DNA of 64,000 bases, from contig BOKR01000001.1 of NCBI GenBank assembly GCA_016861085.1, positions 825,696 through 889,695 of the forward strand, read 5' to 3'. Positions 35,924 to 46,771 of this stretch are shown one piece after another. The stretch is from Patescibacteria group bacterium (lineage in GTDB: Bacteria; Patescibacteriota; Microgenomatia; UBA1400; PJMF01). Both the position numbers and the translations under genes were made by a program. A model generated the notes under the pieces. The model had not been told where the DNA came from, searched no databases, and was given only the letters and a program-made list of their open reading frames with translations. Each line of letters starts with the position of its first letter. The first letter of the stretch is position 1.

Positions 35924-37135
35924 GTGAAAAGAATTTTGCAGTTGTTTGTTGCATGGCGACTCCTTTTGTTTGTTCCGGTATTTTTAGCAACTTTATTTTT
36001 GCCATTTCGCGAAAACTCTCTGTATACAACGCTCTGGCAATACACGGGAAAATATCCTATTGTTGAGCATGAGCTTGTATACCCCTGGTCAAACTTTGAT
36101 GGCGTGCATTATGTTGCCATTGCTTCTCGCTGGTATGTAGACGAAGGCCGATTTTTACCATTTTTTCCAGTTTTAGTTGGAGTTGTCGCAGCACCGCTTT
36201 CTTTGATCTGGCCAATTGTGCCGTACGGACCAGGAACTTTTTGGGCAGGGATACTGGTAAGTACTCTGGCTACAATGCTAGCGCTTTATTTTACCGCCAA
36301 ACTCTTACATCTAGATTACAAAACAAAAACAGTTGCATTGTCATTGTTCTTATTGCTGGCCTCACCAGTGGCTTTCTTTTTGGCTTGTATCTATTCGGAA
36401 GGACTATTTTTGCTTTTAAGTGTGTTAACCCTGTATTGCGCCCGAAAGCAAAGGTGGTTCATGGCTTCTGTATTGGCCATGGTTTTGAGTGTAACCAGAT
36501 TATCTGGAATTTTGATAATTCTGCCGCTGTTGTGGGAGTATTACGAGTTAGAAATTAAACCTAGCAAAAAGCTTGCTTGGAAAAACATTACAAAATTAGC
36601 CTGGTTTGCAATAATCCCTGTCTTGTTATTGATTTACGGCTGGTTTAACTACGTCAAATGGGGCGATTTTTTGTACTTTGTCAACGCACATGGGCTACTT
36701 GGCAATAGTAGAGAGGTTTCTGGATTAGTATTTCCATTGGTAACGATATATAGATACCTGAGGATTTTCACGACAGTTTCTGTGAATCAGTACGAATTTT
36801 GGATTGCATTGCTAGAGTTTGGAACATTGATTTATGCTGTTTGGAGCCTATTTTTAGCATGGAAAACAAAAATAAGGCCTAGTTATATGCTTTTTTCAGT
36901 GGCTATGCTGGCTTTACCACTTTTTTCTGGAACTTTGTCCGGATTACCCCGATATATTTTGCCGATTTTTCCGTTTTTCTTGGCACAGGCATTGTGGTTT
37001 GAAAAAGTAAGGGAAACTTGGCGGGGAAAAAAAACTGCTCCTGGGACCACTTTATTGATATTCTTTGTGGTTGTTTCTATCCTCTTACAGGCATTATTAC
37101 TGGCCCTGTTTGCGAGGGGGTATTATATCTCCTAA
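35924..37135 (+). CDS. Polytopic membrane protein, GT-C/PIG-V-like glycosyltransferase candidate
   Basis: At least 10 TM helices. NFDGVHYVAIASRWY...FLPFFPV resembles the PIG-V/DUF2029 signature. Confidence 0.4.
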   Translation: MKRILQLFVAWRLLLFVPVFLATLFLPFRENSLYTTLWQYTGKYPIVEHELVYPWSNFDGVHYVAIASRWYVDEGRFLPFFPVLVGVVAAPLSLIWPIVPYGPGTFWAGILVSTLATMLALYFTAKLLHLDYKTKTVALSLFLLLASPVAFFLACIYSEGLFLLLSVLTLYCARKQRWFMASVLAMVLSVTRLSGILIILPLLWEYYELEIKPSKKLAWKNITKLAWFAIIPVLLLIYGWFNYVKWGDFLYFVNAHGLLGNSREVSGLVFPLVTIYRYLRIFTTVSVNQYEFWIALLEFGTLIYAVWSLFLAWKTKIRPSYMLFSVAMLALPLFSGTLSGLPRYILPIFPFFLAQALWFEKVRETWRGKKTAPGTTLLIFFVVVSILLQALLLALFARGYYIS

Positions 37136-37162
37136 ATCTTGTATTCTCGCCTGGTATTAGGT

Positions 37163-37191
37163 ACTTTTATTCTTGACAAAACGTACGTTAT
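37163..37191 (+). promoter_or_regulatory. Consensus sigma70 promoter (TTGACA-17-TATAAT) driving a roughly 245 nt leader
   Basis: TTGACA at 37163-37168. Exactly 17 nt spacer. TATAAT at 37186-37191. Confidence 0.6.
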
Positions 37192-37437
37192 AGGATATAA
37201 TGTTGGTGTGTGTACTTGATCTTGTACCATCACAAATTGCTTGTGAATTGTCACAACTTTAAGTACCACAAGCTCCTTAACAACTGAATATTTTTGTAAG
37301 AATTAACAGGGTGCTTATAGTGCTGATTTTAACTATCAGTAGTACAAGCGCCCTGTTCCGAATGAACGGAGAAGGGCTCGAAAACATTTTATCCCATTTC
37401 AATGGCCAGCTTTAAAACTGGCAAATATAGGTGACCC

Positions 37438-38475
37438 ATGTTTCGCAAAAACCCTTTCTATCGTTCGTTTTTTGTATTGTTTCTGATTATTGCCGTGGTT
37501 TCCACGGCGTGCGGCGTTACACCCTCGGGGACGACAACGTCTCCGGGTACAGCCGCCCCAATTGTCTCCCCGACCGTCGGCCCACAACCCTCTCCCCATC
37601 CTGAACCGTGGGAATCCGATCAAAACGCCTTTATGGCCGAAATTGACTGGAACATTCTCGCTATGGCTGTGGTTCTCCCGTACGCAAACTTTACGCCAGA
37701 CAATGGCGATTGCGCCGATTTTTGGGAGCACCAGGTTTTGAGACACCTGCCGGGAGGAGAGGCTGATAGTATCCATACATTAGAGGAACTCAACAAGTTC
37801 CTCACTGCCGTTGAAACCGGCGATCCTGGTTTGACTCTCGTTAAAGTGGCTCTTCGATCAGGGGGTGGCATTGCTGCTCTCTACCGTTGGGCTGGCCGGC
37901 AGTGGCTGTTCTTCACCGGATCCGGACTGCTCCCCACAGCATACCGGCCGCTGTCGCAAGACGCGGTCAAAAATGCAATTCGGGGTGTGCAGACCTACAA
38001 AACGGCTCCTCGGGGGGTGAATACCTCCCTAGCAAATTCGGCCCGCTGTTTCCGTGAAGCTCAACCCAAAACGGTAGAAGTGACCGTCGAAGAAACCGTA
38101 CAACTGCCCGTCTCGAAGTTTACCGGCACATATGATTTTGGGGTGTCGCCGACCCCTGTGGTAGGCGTTGACGCAACTCAACCGGTCTTAACCCCGGTGC
38201 CCGTGGGATCTTATGGGCTAGTCATTGCTATTGAAGGAACGCCTCCCGCTGTGGATGTTGCCAATTATGTGTACGATCCCTCACACGCCGCTTACGTGTG
38301 GTCTCCCCAAGGAGGGGGTGGCCTCACTCCTCAGCAGCTTGCTGAGGTCGTTTTGCTTGGTGGCGGCACCATTGTCGTCGTTGGTATAATAGTAGTGACC
38401 GCGGAGCTATGGCTCCCGGTCGTGGTTATAGGTGCGCCAGCGGCAGGGGCTTTGGTCCCTGCTTTCGCGCCGTAG
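37438..38475 (+). CDS. High-GC (about 60-66%) lipoprotein gene, probable horizontal acquisition
   Basis: Signal peptide with lipobox-like VSTAC. Hydrophobic C-terminal tail. GC3-rich codons, unlike flanking genes (about 33% GC). Confidence 0.65.
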   Translation: MFRKNPFYRSFFVLFLIIAVVSTACGVTPSGTTTSPGTAAPIVSPTVGPQPSPHPEPWESDQNAFMAEIDWNILAMAVVLPYANFTPDNGDCADFWEHQVLRHLPGGEADSIHTLEELNKFLTAVETGDPGLTLVKVALRSGGGIAALYRWAGRQWLFFTGSGLLPTAYRPLSQDAVKNAIRGVQTYKTAPRGVNTSLANSARCFREAQPKTVEVTVEETVQLPVSKFTGTYDFGVSPTPVVGVDATQPVLTPVPVGSYGLVIAIEGTPPAVDVANYVYDPSHAAYVWSPQGGGGLTPQQLAEVVLLGGGTIVVVGIIVVTAELWLPVVVIGAPAAGALVPAFAP

Positions 38476-38516
38476 AAGTTGGTTTCTTACAATTAAATGT
38501 CAGTTAACAAGGAGAA

Positions 38517-38543
38517 GGCCCGTCGTAAAGACGGGCCTTTTCT
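38517..38543. terminator. Bidirectional rho-independent terminator
   Basis: GGCCCGTC-gtaaa-GACGGGCC followed by TTTTCTG. Lies between convergent genes. Confidence 0.75.
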
Positions 38544-38581
38544 GTATGTAAAGTAATCTAAGTTATTGCTCTTTAAAGGAT

Positions 38582-39700
38582 CTATAAGAAACTTTCTCCA
38601 GTTACAGCCTCTGCCAATATAGGAGATTTGGTTCCAAACTCTGTCTTTATTTTCTTAAAAGCCTCCCCAAGCCCCAACTCACCTAACTTGCTTTCCATTG
38701 ACTTCCATAAAGGAGTTAGCATAAACAATGCTCGCTCCTTTGGTACAGCCACTAGCAGTGTTTCAACAAGATAACTGAAGATACCTGAAAGCCAAACAAC
38801 TGAGCGTTCATCAAGCGCATTCATACCACTTCTTTCGGAATTTTCTAAAATATTACGTAAAGCAACTACTAATTCATACCCCATTAATTCAGCCAATAAA
38901 CCATTATTTGGTATATCAAAAAACTTGTTCTGACTGTGTGGTATTCGCAATATTGTAGATAAGCTACTCAAAGAATGCTCACCAGAAAATAATGAAGCGA
39001 CGTTAAGAGATTTCAACAGGGTATCCTTTACTAACTCAACCTGCTGAAGATCGTCCTCTTCCACCGCACGGATCCAAAAACCGTACGCTAATCTCACTGC
39101 ATCCAATTTTCTTGAATAGATATCATATGCCTCTGGTTGTAAATTATTTGGCACAAAAGAAGTCGGTGCACCTGTGTTAAAAACATCTCCGACAGTTTGC
39201 AAGTTTACCCGTTGATAAAAAGCGCTTGCATCAGATTGTAATGCTTCCATGTTTTGCTGAAGCTCTTTGAGTTTTGATTGAATAATCCTTATTGGAACTT
39301 TCGGTAATAATGCAGCTGTTTCCATAACTGTCATCCAAACAACTACACCTTCATCAGGGATTTGAGAGCTTGATTCATACTCCCGTGTTGTTAATAAAAT
39401 CGGATATCGATAAAAAGTTGGAAGATCTCCTTTGCTCTCAAGCAATTGAAACTTGTAACCCGTTTCACTACTTTGAGGCAAATTTTCTTGGGCAACTGCA
39501 ACAGACTCGTGTTCCCCATATCCTATCTGTGCCCCCACAACTGGCAACTCACCTGCTTCAGTTTCTGAAACTGTTGTAAGATCCCACTTTTTCGGATGAG
39601 CTGGTTTACTCAACGAACTAACTCCAATCGATTCAAAGATAATGGGCGTGTTATCAATTTCTTGTGGCAAATCAGCTGCTTCTTTGTTTGTTATAGTCAT
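38582..39700 (-). CDS. Hypothetical protein
   Basis: ORF only. Confidence 0.35.
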   Translation of the reverse strand: MTITNKEAADLPQEIDNTPIIFESIGVSSLSKPAHPKKWDLTTVSETEAGELPVVGAQIGYGEHESVAVAQENLPQSSETGYKFQLLESKGDLPTFYRYPILLTTREYESSSQIPDEGVVVWMTVMETAALLPKVPIRIIQSKLKELQQNMEALQSDASAFYQRVNLQTVGDVFNTGAPTSFVPNNLQPEAYDIYSRKLDAVRLAYGFWIRAVEEDDLQQVELVKDTLLKSLNVASLFSGEHSLSSLSTILRIPHSQNKFFDIPNNGLLAELMGYELVVALRNILENSERSGMNALDERSVVWLSGIFSYLVETLLVAVPKERALFMLTPLWKSMESKLGELGLGEAFKKIKTEFGTKSPILAEAVTGESFL

Positions 39701-39787
39701 ATCAGTTCTTCTATTTTAAACTTTCTTAGTAGAGAAAGCAAAAACATATCAATTTACAGCTACTCCCCAAAAAGCTAGAATGAAATC

Positions 39788-40405
39788 ATGCCAAAATTGG
39801 ATTCCCCACAACCATACCATGAAGAACCACAATCTCCAGATGATCTTGCAAAACTAGCCTTACCACTCAATGGTGAATTGCCCAACCAATATACTGCCAT
39901 AAGATTTTGGGACCATCTGATTGAACAACACCTAGATATTTCAAAAACTTGGCAATATCACTCAAACCAAGAAGATATTGATGCGTTGATAGCAGAGCAT
40001 ACCTATGAAGACAAAAGCTCTAAGCAATTTTCTGTGGCTGCTGTTACTGGTGTATTAACAGCTATAGCAGAAGGATTACAACCAGAACAAATAATCACTC
40101 GAATCGAAGGAAATTCAACAGCCACATTCAAATTTAACGGTCAAACGTGGATCTTTCATTTGACCGTTGAACCAAGTATTTATATATCTACCACTAGAGA
40201 TAGCCTTAAGGGCACGATGCGCAAAGGATTCACATCTATAAATCCAAGTGATGCCTTAAAAAAATTCTATGCAGACTCGGCTCAAATCTTTTTGAATAAC
40301 TCGCCATTTCCAGCTGACTACTCAGATGGAGAAGATCCATATAAGGATTATCAAGATTCCGATTACGGTTACGACACAGAAGACGATTTTGGTTGGGATC
40401 AATAA
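39788..40405 (+). CDS. Hypothetical acidic protein
   Basis: ORF. Asp/Glu/Tyr-rich C-terminus. Confidence 0.35.
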   Translation: MPKLDSPQPYHEEPQSPDDLAKLALPLNGELPNQYTAIRFWDHLIEQHLDISKTWQYHSNQEDIDALIAEHTYEDKSSKQFSVAAVTGVLTAIAEGLQPEQIITRIEGNSTATFKFNGQTWIFHLTVEPSIYISTTRDSLKGTMRKGFTSINPSDALKKFYADSAQIFLNNSPFPADYSDGEDPYKDYQDSDYGYDTEDDFGWDQ

Positions 40406-40894
40406 TCATTTATTCGACCACCCAACCTCACTATACTGTACCCCGTCTCTAATACTTTCAAGCGCAACTCTTATATATTCAATGACATTCTCTGGCAGAC
40501 TATCAAATTCAAACCAAGAAAGCTCATCGCATTTTCCCGGCTCACAATTTACAATCTCACCGCTCCATTCACGGACTATAAAAAAAATGTCAACACGCTC
40601 CGAGCCGTCTGTATCAGACTTTCTGTGCATTATATGTGCTACCTCCACCTTAGCAGGATCAACCACCACCCCAGCTTCCTCTTTTGCTTCACGAATAAGT
40701 GCATCCGTAAATGTTTCCCCCTCGTCAACGTGACCTGCTACCAAACTATACATCCCGTCTTTATACCCGGTGTTAAATCTGCGTAATAGCAAAACTTGAC
40801 CCGCATCATTAACCAAAACTAAGTATGAGGCCGGAATATTCATGTGCCGCTGTAATGAGTTTTCGCTCCAAGTCATGTTTCCTGAAATTTCCAA
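40406..40894 (-). CDS. NUDIX hydrolase
   Basis: Nudix box GHVDEGETFTDALIREAKEEAGV. Confidence 0.8.
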   Translation of the reverse strand: MEISGNMTWSENSLQRHMNIPASYLVLVNDAGQVLLLRRFNTGYKDGMYSLVAGHVDEGETFTDALIREAKEEAGVVVDPAKVEVAHIMHRKSDTDGSERVDIFFIVREWSGEIVNCEPGKCDELSWFEFDSLPENVIEYIRVALESIRDGVQYSEVGWSNK

Positions 40895-40901
40895 AAAAGA
40901 A

Positions 40902-41231
40902 TTACTTTTTCTTTTTTAAATCAGCTTCTACCATTTTTTTAACATCTAATTTGTCTAACCCCAAACCTTTAAATCCAAAATAGACAATCGCTGCGATCAC
41001 CGCAAAGTCAATGAAAATCGAAAGAAAATTGCCCCAACGAATTTCAGCAGATCCAATCCACACACTATAACTACTTAAGTTTCCGGCTTTGCCAAGAATA
41101 ATCCCCAAAACTGGGTTAATGATATCTTCAACCAATGAGGCTACCAACTTAGAAATCGCGCCACCAAGTATGAAACCAGTAGCAAGTCCAACGATACCTT
41201 GCGTACGAACAAATAATAAAAAGTCTTTCAT
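40902..41231 (-). CDS. mscL: Large-conductance mechanosensitive channel MscL
   Basis: FVRTQGIVGLATGFILGGAISKLVASLVEDIINPVLG. Confidence 0.9.
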   Translation of the reverse strand: MKDFLLFVRTQGIVGLATGFILGGAISKLVASLVEDIINPVLGIILGKAGNLSSYSVWIGSAEIRWGNFLSIFIDFAVIAAIVYFGFKGLGLDKLDVKKMVEADLKKKK

Positions 41232-41274
41232 ATCATGTAGTATATCGTAATAAATGATAAAATCTAATTAAACC

Positions 41275-42594
41275 ATGTTAAAAGTATTGCGCGAATCAAG
41301 ACAACCCAAACCAGACCAAGCTCAACATGACACAGCAAAATATGCTTCTGAACTGCTTAATTCTCAAGAAGTTCTTCAAATGGCCCAGAGGCTAGATGCA
41401 AATATTCATTACATTAACGGTACAATTCCAAATGGAAAAACAGATGAAAACTCATTCAAAACAACATTCAAAGAAAAATTACACCTCTTTTTAGACAAGA
41501 AAAAACCAGAAAATTTCTTACCAGCTTTCCTAGAAAAAATGGACTCCAAAGCTTCAGATATAACAAGAGCTGAAGGTTTGAGACTAGATGCCAGCAATAA
41601 TCTGCTCATTGATAAACAGGCAGAGGTAAATCATATCATCAGCATTCTGATAGAAGCACAAAGACAGAATCTTACAAAGCGGGGTGTTGATCCTAAAGCT
41701 ATTGAAGTCGAGATAAATCATATCAAAGATGTGGTTGCTCTCACTAAAAATGTTTTTCCAAAATTACCTGTCCTCCATTTAGCCGCTGCAGTTCATGACT
41801 CATATAAACATGTGGCCAAAAACTACAATGAACTCGGTTTACATGAATTGGCTAGCACAGCATTTGGCGGAGTTCTTGTAGAAACTGTCCTTAAAAAATT
41901 TGGATCTGAGCTTGGATTAGATAACAATGCTATTGCTTTAATCAAAAAACTTGTTGAGAGAGCCATCTTTACTCATGGTACACAAGAGTACCCCAGAAAT
42001 AACACCTTGTACGATCAAAAACACCCACAAATTGGAGCACTTCATGGCTCTGATATGCATGTAAGGCCAAAAAGAAATTCATATGATGAAACACGTAATC
42101 CTTCAAGAACCGTCGCACTTACAATACTTGGTTTAAACTATCTTGATGCACTCACAGGTACTGACCCCAATTCCTTAATTAAGTATAACCTGGCGAGTTC
42201 ACACCAAAAAATCACTGCAAGTGCTTCTCTTGAAGACTACTTTATCATGAGCCTTTTCAATTCTTTTGAATCTAACATAACTATGAGATCGGGGAGAGAA
42301 CTTTTAAAATTAGAAAATCAAGCACTTGATAAAGTTATCGCGAGAAATAACAAAGTAAAGGAAATGATATTGCTTGTACTGAGCCGTAAAAAGTTCAAGT
42401 TGCGAACTAAATTCAGACTGAGTAGAAAAGAAATTGGTGATATTGACAATAAACATTCAGAACTATTAAGAAGTTTTCGGCAACTACAAGACACTAATGA
42501 ACATGATTCATTTTACGAACGAAGCCATTTCAACAGCCTCATTGAGGAATTTGTAACTTACATTACAAACGTAGTTACTTCCCCCCAAAAATAA
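41275..42594 (+). CDS. HD-domain-like hypothetical protein
   Basis: LHLAAAVHDSYKH resembles the HD LLHDIGK motif. Confidence 0.35.
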   Translation: MLKVLRESRQPKPDQAQHDTAKYASELLNSQEVLQMAQRLDANIHYINGTIPNGKTDENSFKTTFKEKLHLFLDKKKPENFLPAFLEKMDSKASDITRAEGLRLDASNNLLIDKQAEVNHIISILIEAQRQNLTKRGVDPKAIEVEINHIKDVVALTKNVFPKLPVLHLAAAVHDSYKHVAKNYNELGLHELASTAFGGVLVETVLKKFGSELGLDNNAIALIKKLVERAIFTHGTQEYPRNNTLYDQKHPQIGALHGSDMHVRPKRNSYDETRNPSRTVALTILGLNYLDALTGTDPNSLIKYNLASSHQKITASASLEDYFIMSLFNSFESNITMRSGRELLKLENQALDKVIARNNKVKEMILLVLSRKKFKLRTKFRLSRKEIGDIDNKHSELLRSFRQLQDTNEHDSFYERSHFNSLIEEFVTYITNVVTSPQK

Positions 42595-43855
42595 TCACAA
42601 ACATTCCTTGAGCACTTCGTACACAAGCATCGTTAAAATCAATACTCAGCTGTGCTTCCCGATGCCCCATTGTTGATGAATCAAAACACCACTCAATCAA
42701 AGCTGTTCCGGTTTGTGCTATAAAATTCTCACCTGTGGTCATATTTCTGCAATGTTGATATGCCAAATTTTCCGCAATTGTGTTTCCTGGATACTGTCTT
42801 ATTGAATCAGGTAAATTATCTTTGTCAGCAAAGTCATTTTTAAATCCCTCATGGTTATCGAGTGTCCCAAAAGCTACTAAGTCCTGTATCCTTTTTTCGG
42901 CATACGTACACAACTCTCCATTTACATTTAAATTATGCACACCGTGTGCTTGCCGGTAGCTATTAAGTGCAGTAAATACTTCCTCATTAGAAATTGGTGG
43001 AAAATTTGACTTTGAAGGCCCGTTGTTTTGTGACGACGAATTCTGGGAAGAAATGGTTTGAGATAAACTACTTGCTGGTTTTTTTGCAAACTCTGTACCC
43101 AAAATTTGGACTGTTACACCAAGTGTTTCGTTATATTTGGTTTTAATTACTTTTGTGGCAATTCCCACCTGCTGAAAGTCATCATCAAACAAAGCTTTTA
43201 CCTGGGCCTCACTGGACAGCCACGCGTCTATAACTCCGTCCTCTAGTAACGGCCCAACAACCATGTTGTGACTGACATGCTCATAGTTGTATTTTTGCTG
43301 TTCTAACGCGGTTTTTAATTCATCAACAAATGGTTTATCTTGAATTTCAAATTCATATTTTTCAGCTTCTGCGAGCAATTCTGCTGCAGCTGAAGCCAAT
43401 TTCTCACTATACCCAAACGGTTCTTTTTCTCTGGCGTCTCGCTCACTATTAAGTTTTTCAAAAATAAGCTGAGGATCTAAACTTGGCTCCTCATCTTTGA
43501 GCCCCACTGGAATGTAGTCAAAATTGATTTCTTCTTTATCAATAACTCCCAAAGAATCCAAGGCATTGAGAATTTCTTCTGGCAACTTAACTCTCGTTGT
43601 CTTCAAAAAATACGGCAATAGTTGCATATTAATGCCTAAGAAAAAACAGATGACGACAATTCTTGTGAAGTACTCATTTGAGAGTAGTTTATTTCTCTGA
43701 ATAACGTGGTGAACATCTCCTAGAAAATCTACAAATGAATGTTTAATTTTTTTAAAGGAGTGTAATGGTTTCTTTATCGAATGAACAATTTTTGAGACAA
43801 CAGAAGTATGTCTCCTAAAACTAATTTTTTTCATCAAATGCTCCAGATTTTTCAA
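42575..43855 (-). CDS. Membrane-anchored hypothetical protein with C-terminal CAP/SCP-like domain
   Basis: N-terminal TM. C-terminal segment (ALNSYRQAHG...AENLAYQ) weakly resembles the CAP domain. Confidence 0.3.
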   Translation of the reverse strand: MKNLEHLMKKISFRRHTSVVSKIVHSIKKPLHSFKKIKHSFVDFLGDVHHVIQRNKLLSNEYFTRIVVICFFLGINMQLLPYFLKTTRVKLPEEILNALDSLGVIDKEEINFDYIPVGLKDEEPSLDPQLIFEKLNSERDAREKEPFGYSEKLASAAAELLAEAEKYEFEIQDKPFVDELKTALEQQKYNYEHVSHNMVVGPLLEDGVIDAWLSSEAQVKALFDDDFQQVGIATKVIKTKYNETLGVTVQILGTEFAKKPASSLSQTISSQNSSSQNNGPSKSNFPPISNEEVFTALNSYRQAHGVHNLNVNGELCTYAEKRIQDLVAFGTLDNHEGFKNDFADKDNLPDSIRQYPGNTIAENLAYQHCRNMTTGENFIAQTGTALIEWCFDSSTMGHREAQLSIDFNDACVRSAQGMFVIIFGGK

Positions 43856-44408
43856 GCAGAGGGACCACTACTTCCATCGGGAGTCCGTGACTAAAACTAC
43901 TTAGCGATCCCGCAATTGCACGAATCATATTGATTCCTTCTGGATATGCTGGACAAAAACCAGCAGACCAAGTCAAAACTGGATTTTGCGCAACATATTT
44001 TTCAATTTCAGCTTCACTCAGGTCCCTAAAAATAAATGTCGTTTCTGAAGTGGTAGAAAACTCAATTTTATTTCTTAGATCTAGGTATGCACAGCCAGAA
44101 TAGCAGGTACCTTGTTTTCCAGATTGTTCTTTGAGCATTTGTTTTGCTTCTTCAAGAGTGTGAGGCTTTTCGTATGCTTTTCCATTCACAAAAGTGAATG
44201 TGTCTCCGGAAATAACTATTGCCTCTGGGTGTTGTTGTGAAATTTTTTGGGCTTTTGCCAGAGCAATTAAGCGAGCGCGTTCTTTATCAGTTGTCGCTGT
44301 AACTGCTTTTTCATCTATATCACTAGGAATCACTTCAAATGGAATCTTTAGTGCTTCCATCAAAATTCTTCTTTGTTTTGATCCACTAGCTAAAATAATT
44401 TTTTGCAT
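43821..44408 (-). CDS. maf: Maf-like nucleoside triphosphate pyrophosphatase
   Basis: MQKIILASGSKQRRILMEALKIPFEVIPSDIDE. Confidence 0.85.
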   Translation of the reverse strand: MQKIILASGSKQRRILMEALKIPFEVIPSDIDEKAVTATTDKERARLIALAKAQKISQQHPEAIVISGDTFTFVNGKAYEKPHTLEEAKQMLKEQSGKQGTCYSGCAYLDLRNKIEFSTTSETTFIFRDLSEAEIEKYVAQNPVLTWSAGFCPAYPEGINMIRAIAGSLSSFSHGLPMEVVVPLLEKSGAFDEKN

Positions 44409-44451
44409 AAGCATTTTTGTATATAACTTTTACTATAAAATAGTCAAAACT

Positions 44452-44480
44452 TTGAGATTTTGTCCTCATGAGCGTATAAT
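44452..44480 (+). promoter_or_regulatory. sigma70-type promoter (TTGAGA-17-TATAAT) for pflB, with strong SD AGAGGGAGG before the ATG
   Basis: Read directly from sequence. Confidence 0.55.
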
Positions 44481-44542
44481 CTATCTTACTATATAAATTC
44501 GTACTCAGGTGCAAGTATTTCTAACAATTAGAGGGAGGCGCC

Positions 44543-46771
44543 ATGAACAATCCAGTACCATTCAAAGAAAATCTTTGGCAAGAAGAAATTAATGTTAGAG
44601 ACTTTTTGTATTCTAACATTACTCGATATGATGGGGATGCTTCATTTTTATCACAGCCAACTTCCGTCACAAAAAAGTTATGGAATAAATGCAAAAAACT
44701 GTTAGCTCAAGAAAGAGAAAACGGTGGAATATTAGACATTGACGTCAAAACCATTTCATCGATTACTAGCCATAAACCAGGGTACATAGACAAAACATTA
44801 GAAAAAATAGTTGGAGTACAAACTGATAAGCCCCTCAAACGATCAATTAAACCTTTTGGTGGTTGGCGTGTCGTTGACAAAGCGTGTGAAGAAAATGGCT
44901 ATACACTTGATCCAAAAGTCGTCGAAATTTTCTCAAAATATCGAAAATCACATAACGACGGTGTATTTGACGCATACACTGATGAAATGAGAAAGTTACG
45001 TGGATCAGGACTCATTACGGGACTACCAGATAACTATGCTCGAGGTCGTATTATTGGTGACTATCGTAGACTTGCACTGTACGGTCTTGACCGACTCATT
45101 GAAGCAAAAGAAGCTGACAAAAAAAATCTCGACAGCGATATGACAAATGATCTCATTCAACTGAGAGAAGAAGTCAGTGAACAGATCAGAGCATTAGGAA
45201 TGGTTGGTGAAATGGCCAAAAGTTACGGAATCGATGTTTCCAAACCTGCTCAAACTGCACAGGAAGCCATTCAATATACCTATCTTGCATACTTAGCAGC
45301 TGTGAAAGAACAAGATGGTGCCGCAATGAGTTTAGGTAATGTCAGTAGTTTTTTTGATGTATATATTGAACGCGATTTACAAGCTGGAGTTTTGACGGAG
45401 GCTCAGGCCCAAGAGTTAGTAGACCATTTTGTGATGAAGCTTAGATTAGTTCGTCATTTGCGCATGGATGAATATAACCAGCTGTTTGCCGGCGACCCAA
45501 CTTGGGTAACCGAAGTAATCGGCGGGGTATTCAAAGATGGCACACATAAAGTCACTAAAACGAGCTTTAGATTCTTGCAAACGTTGTATAACTTGGGTCC
45601 AGCACCAGAACCAAATCTCACAATTTTGTGGCACGAAAATTTGCCAGAGGGTTTCAAGCAATTTGCGGCACAAGTTTCTATCGATACTTCTTCACTGCAA
45701 TATGAAAATGATGAATTAATGAGCCACTCTGGCGACTGTGATGATTACTGTATTGCTTGCTGTGTTTCCATGATGGAAACCGGAAAAGAAATGCAGTTTT
45801 TTGGCGCCCGCTGTAATTTGGCCAAAACATTGTTGCTCGCAATTAATGAAGGACGGGACGAATTTACTAATACAGAAATTATTCCTGATATTGAGCCACT
45901 ACCTGAAGGTGAACTTGATTATGTAGAAGTTGAGCGTAGATTTAATAAGGCAATGAGTTACATTGCCAAAGCATATGTGAATACCATGAATGTGATTCAC
46001 TACATGCATGACAAATATTATTATGAACGCGCTCAGCTAGCCTTCATGGATACGCATATTAATAGAAACATGGCATTCGGAGCTGCGGGACTGAGTGTAG
46101 CCGCAGACTCACTCTCCGCAATTAAATATGCCAAAGTAACTGCTGTTAGAAATGATCAAGGACTAGCTACTGAGTTCAAAATCACTGGAGATTTCCCAAT
46201 GTATGGCAATGATGATGACAGAGTTGACGATATTGCCAAAACTTTGGTCCATGATTTTAATCAAGAATTAGCAAAACATCACATCTACCGTGACGCTACA
46301 CCAACACTTTCTGTGTTAACCATTACTTCAAATGTAGTGTATGGCAAAAAAACTGGTGCCACTCCAGATGGCAGAAAAGCTCATGAAGCATTTGCTCCAG
46401 GTGCAAACCCAATGCATGGCCGCGACAAATCTGGGGCAGTCGCCTCACTGAATTCTGTCGCTAAAATCGACTATAATGATGCTCGTGATGGTGTCTCAAA
46501 TACTTTTTCTATCGTACCCAAATCACTCGGGAGCAAGAAAAAAGATCAAGTTGGAAATCTATCCAACATGCTTGATGGCTACTTTGCCAAACACGCACAC
46601 CATTTGAATGTAAATGTATTAAATAAAGATACGCTGCTTGATGCAGTCGCTCACCCCGAAAAGTATCCGCAACTAACAATTAGGGTTTCAGGGTATGCAG
46701 TTAACTTTATTCGCCTGAGCAGAGAACAACAGCAAGAAGTGATCGCAAGAACGTTTCATGAAACAATGTAA
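44543..46771 (+). CDS. pflB: Formate C-acetyltransferase (pyruvate formate-lyase)
   Basis: Glycyl-radical motif RVSGYAV near the C-terminus. 742 aa. Confidence 0.95.
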   Translation: MNNPVPFKENLWQEEINVRDFLYSNITRYDGDASFLSQPTSVTKKLWNKCKKLLAQERENGGILDIDVKTISSITSHKPGYIDKTLEKIVGVQTDKPLKRSIKPFGGWRVVDKACEENGYTLDPKVVEIFSKYRKSHNDGVFDAYTDEMRKLRGSGLITGLPDNYARGRIIGDYRRLALYGLDRLIEAKEADKKNLDSDMTNDLIQLREEVSEQIRALGMVGEMAKSYGIDVSKPAQTAQEAIQYTYLAYLAAVKEQDGAAMSLGNVSSFFDVYIERDLQAGVLTEAQAQELVDHFVMKLRLVRHLRMDEYNQLFAGDPTWVTEVIGGVFKDGTHKVTKTSFRFLQTLYNLGPAPEPNLTILWHENLPEGFKQFAAQVSIDTSSLQYENDELMSHSGDCDDYCIACCVSMMETGKEMQFFGARCNLAKTLLLAINEGRDEFTNTEIIPDIEPLPEGELDYVEVERRFNKAMSYIAKAYVNTMNVIHYMHDKYYYERAQLAFMDTHINRNMAFGAAGLSVAADSLSAIKYAKVTAVRNDQGLATEFKITGDFPMYGNDDDRVDDIAKTLVHDFNQELAKHHIYRDATPTLSVLTITSNVVYGKKTGATPDGRKAHEAFAPGANPMHGRDKSGAVASLNSVAKIDYNDARDGVSNTFSIVPKSLGSKKKDQVGNLSNMLDGYFAKHAHHLNVNVLNKDTLLDAVAHPEKYPQLTIRVSGYAVNFIRLSREQQQEVIARTFHETM

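Noticed and set aside
37399-37871. Minus-strand ORFs (125 and 83 aa) inside the GC-rich island
   Set aside because: High GC creates spurious stop-free frames. The plus-strand lipoprotein ORF has a signal peptide, promoter and terminator.
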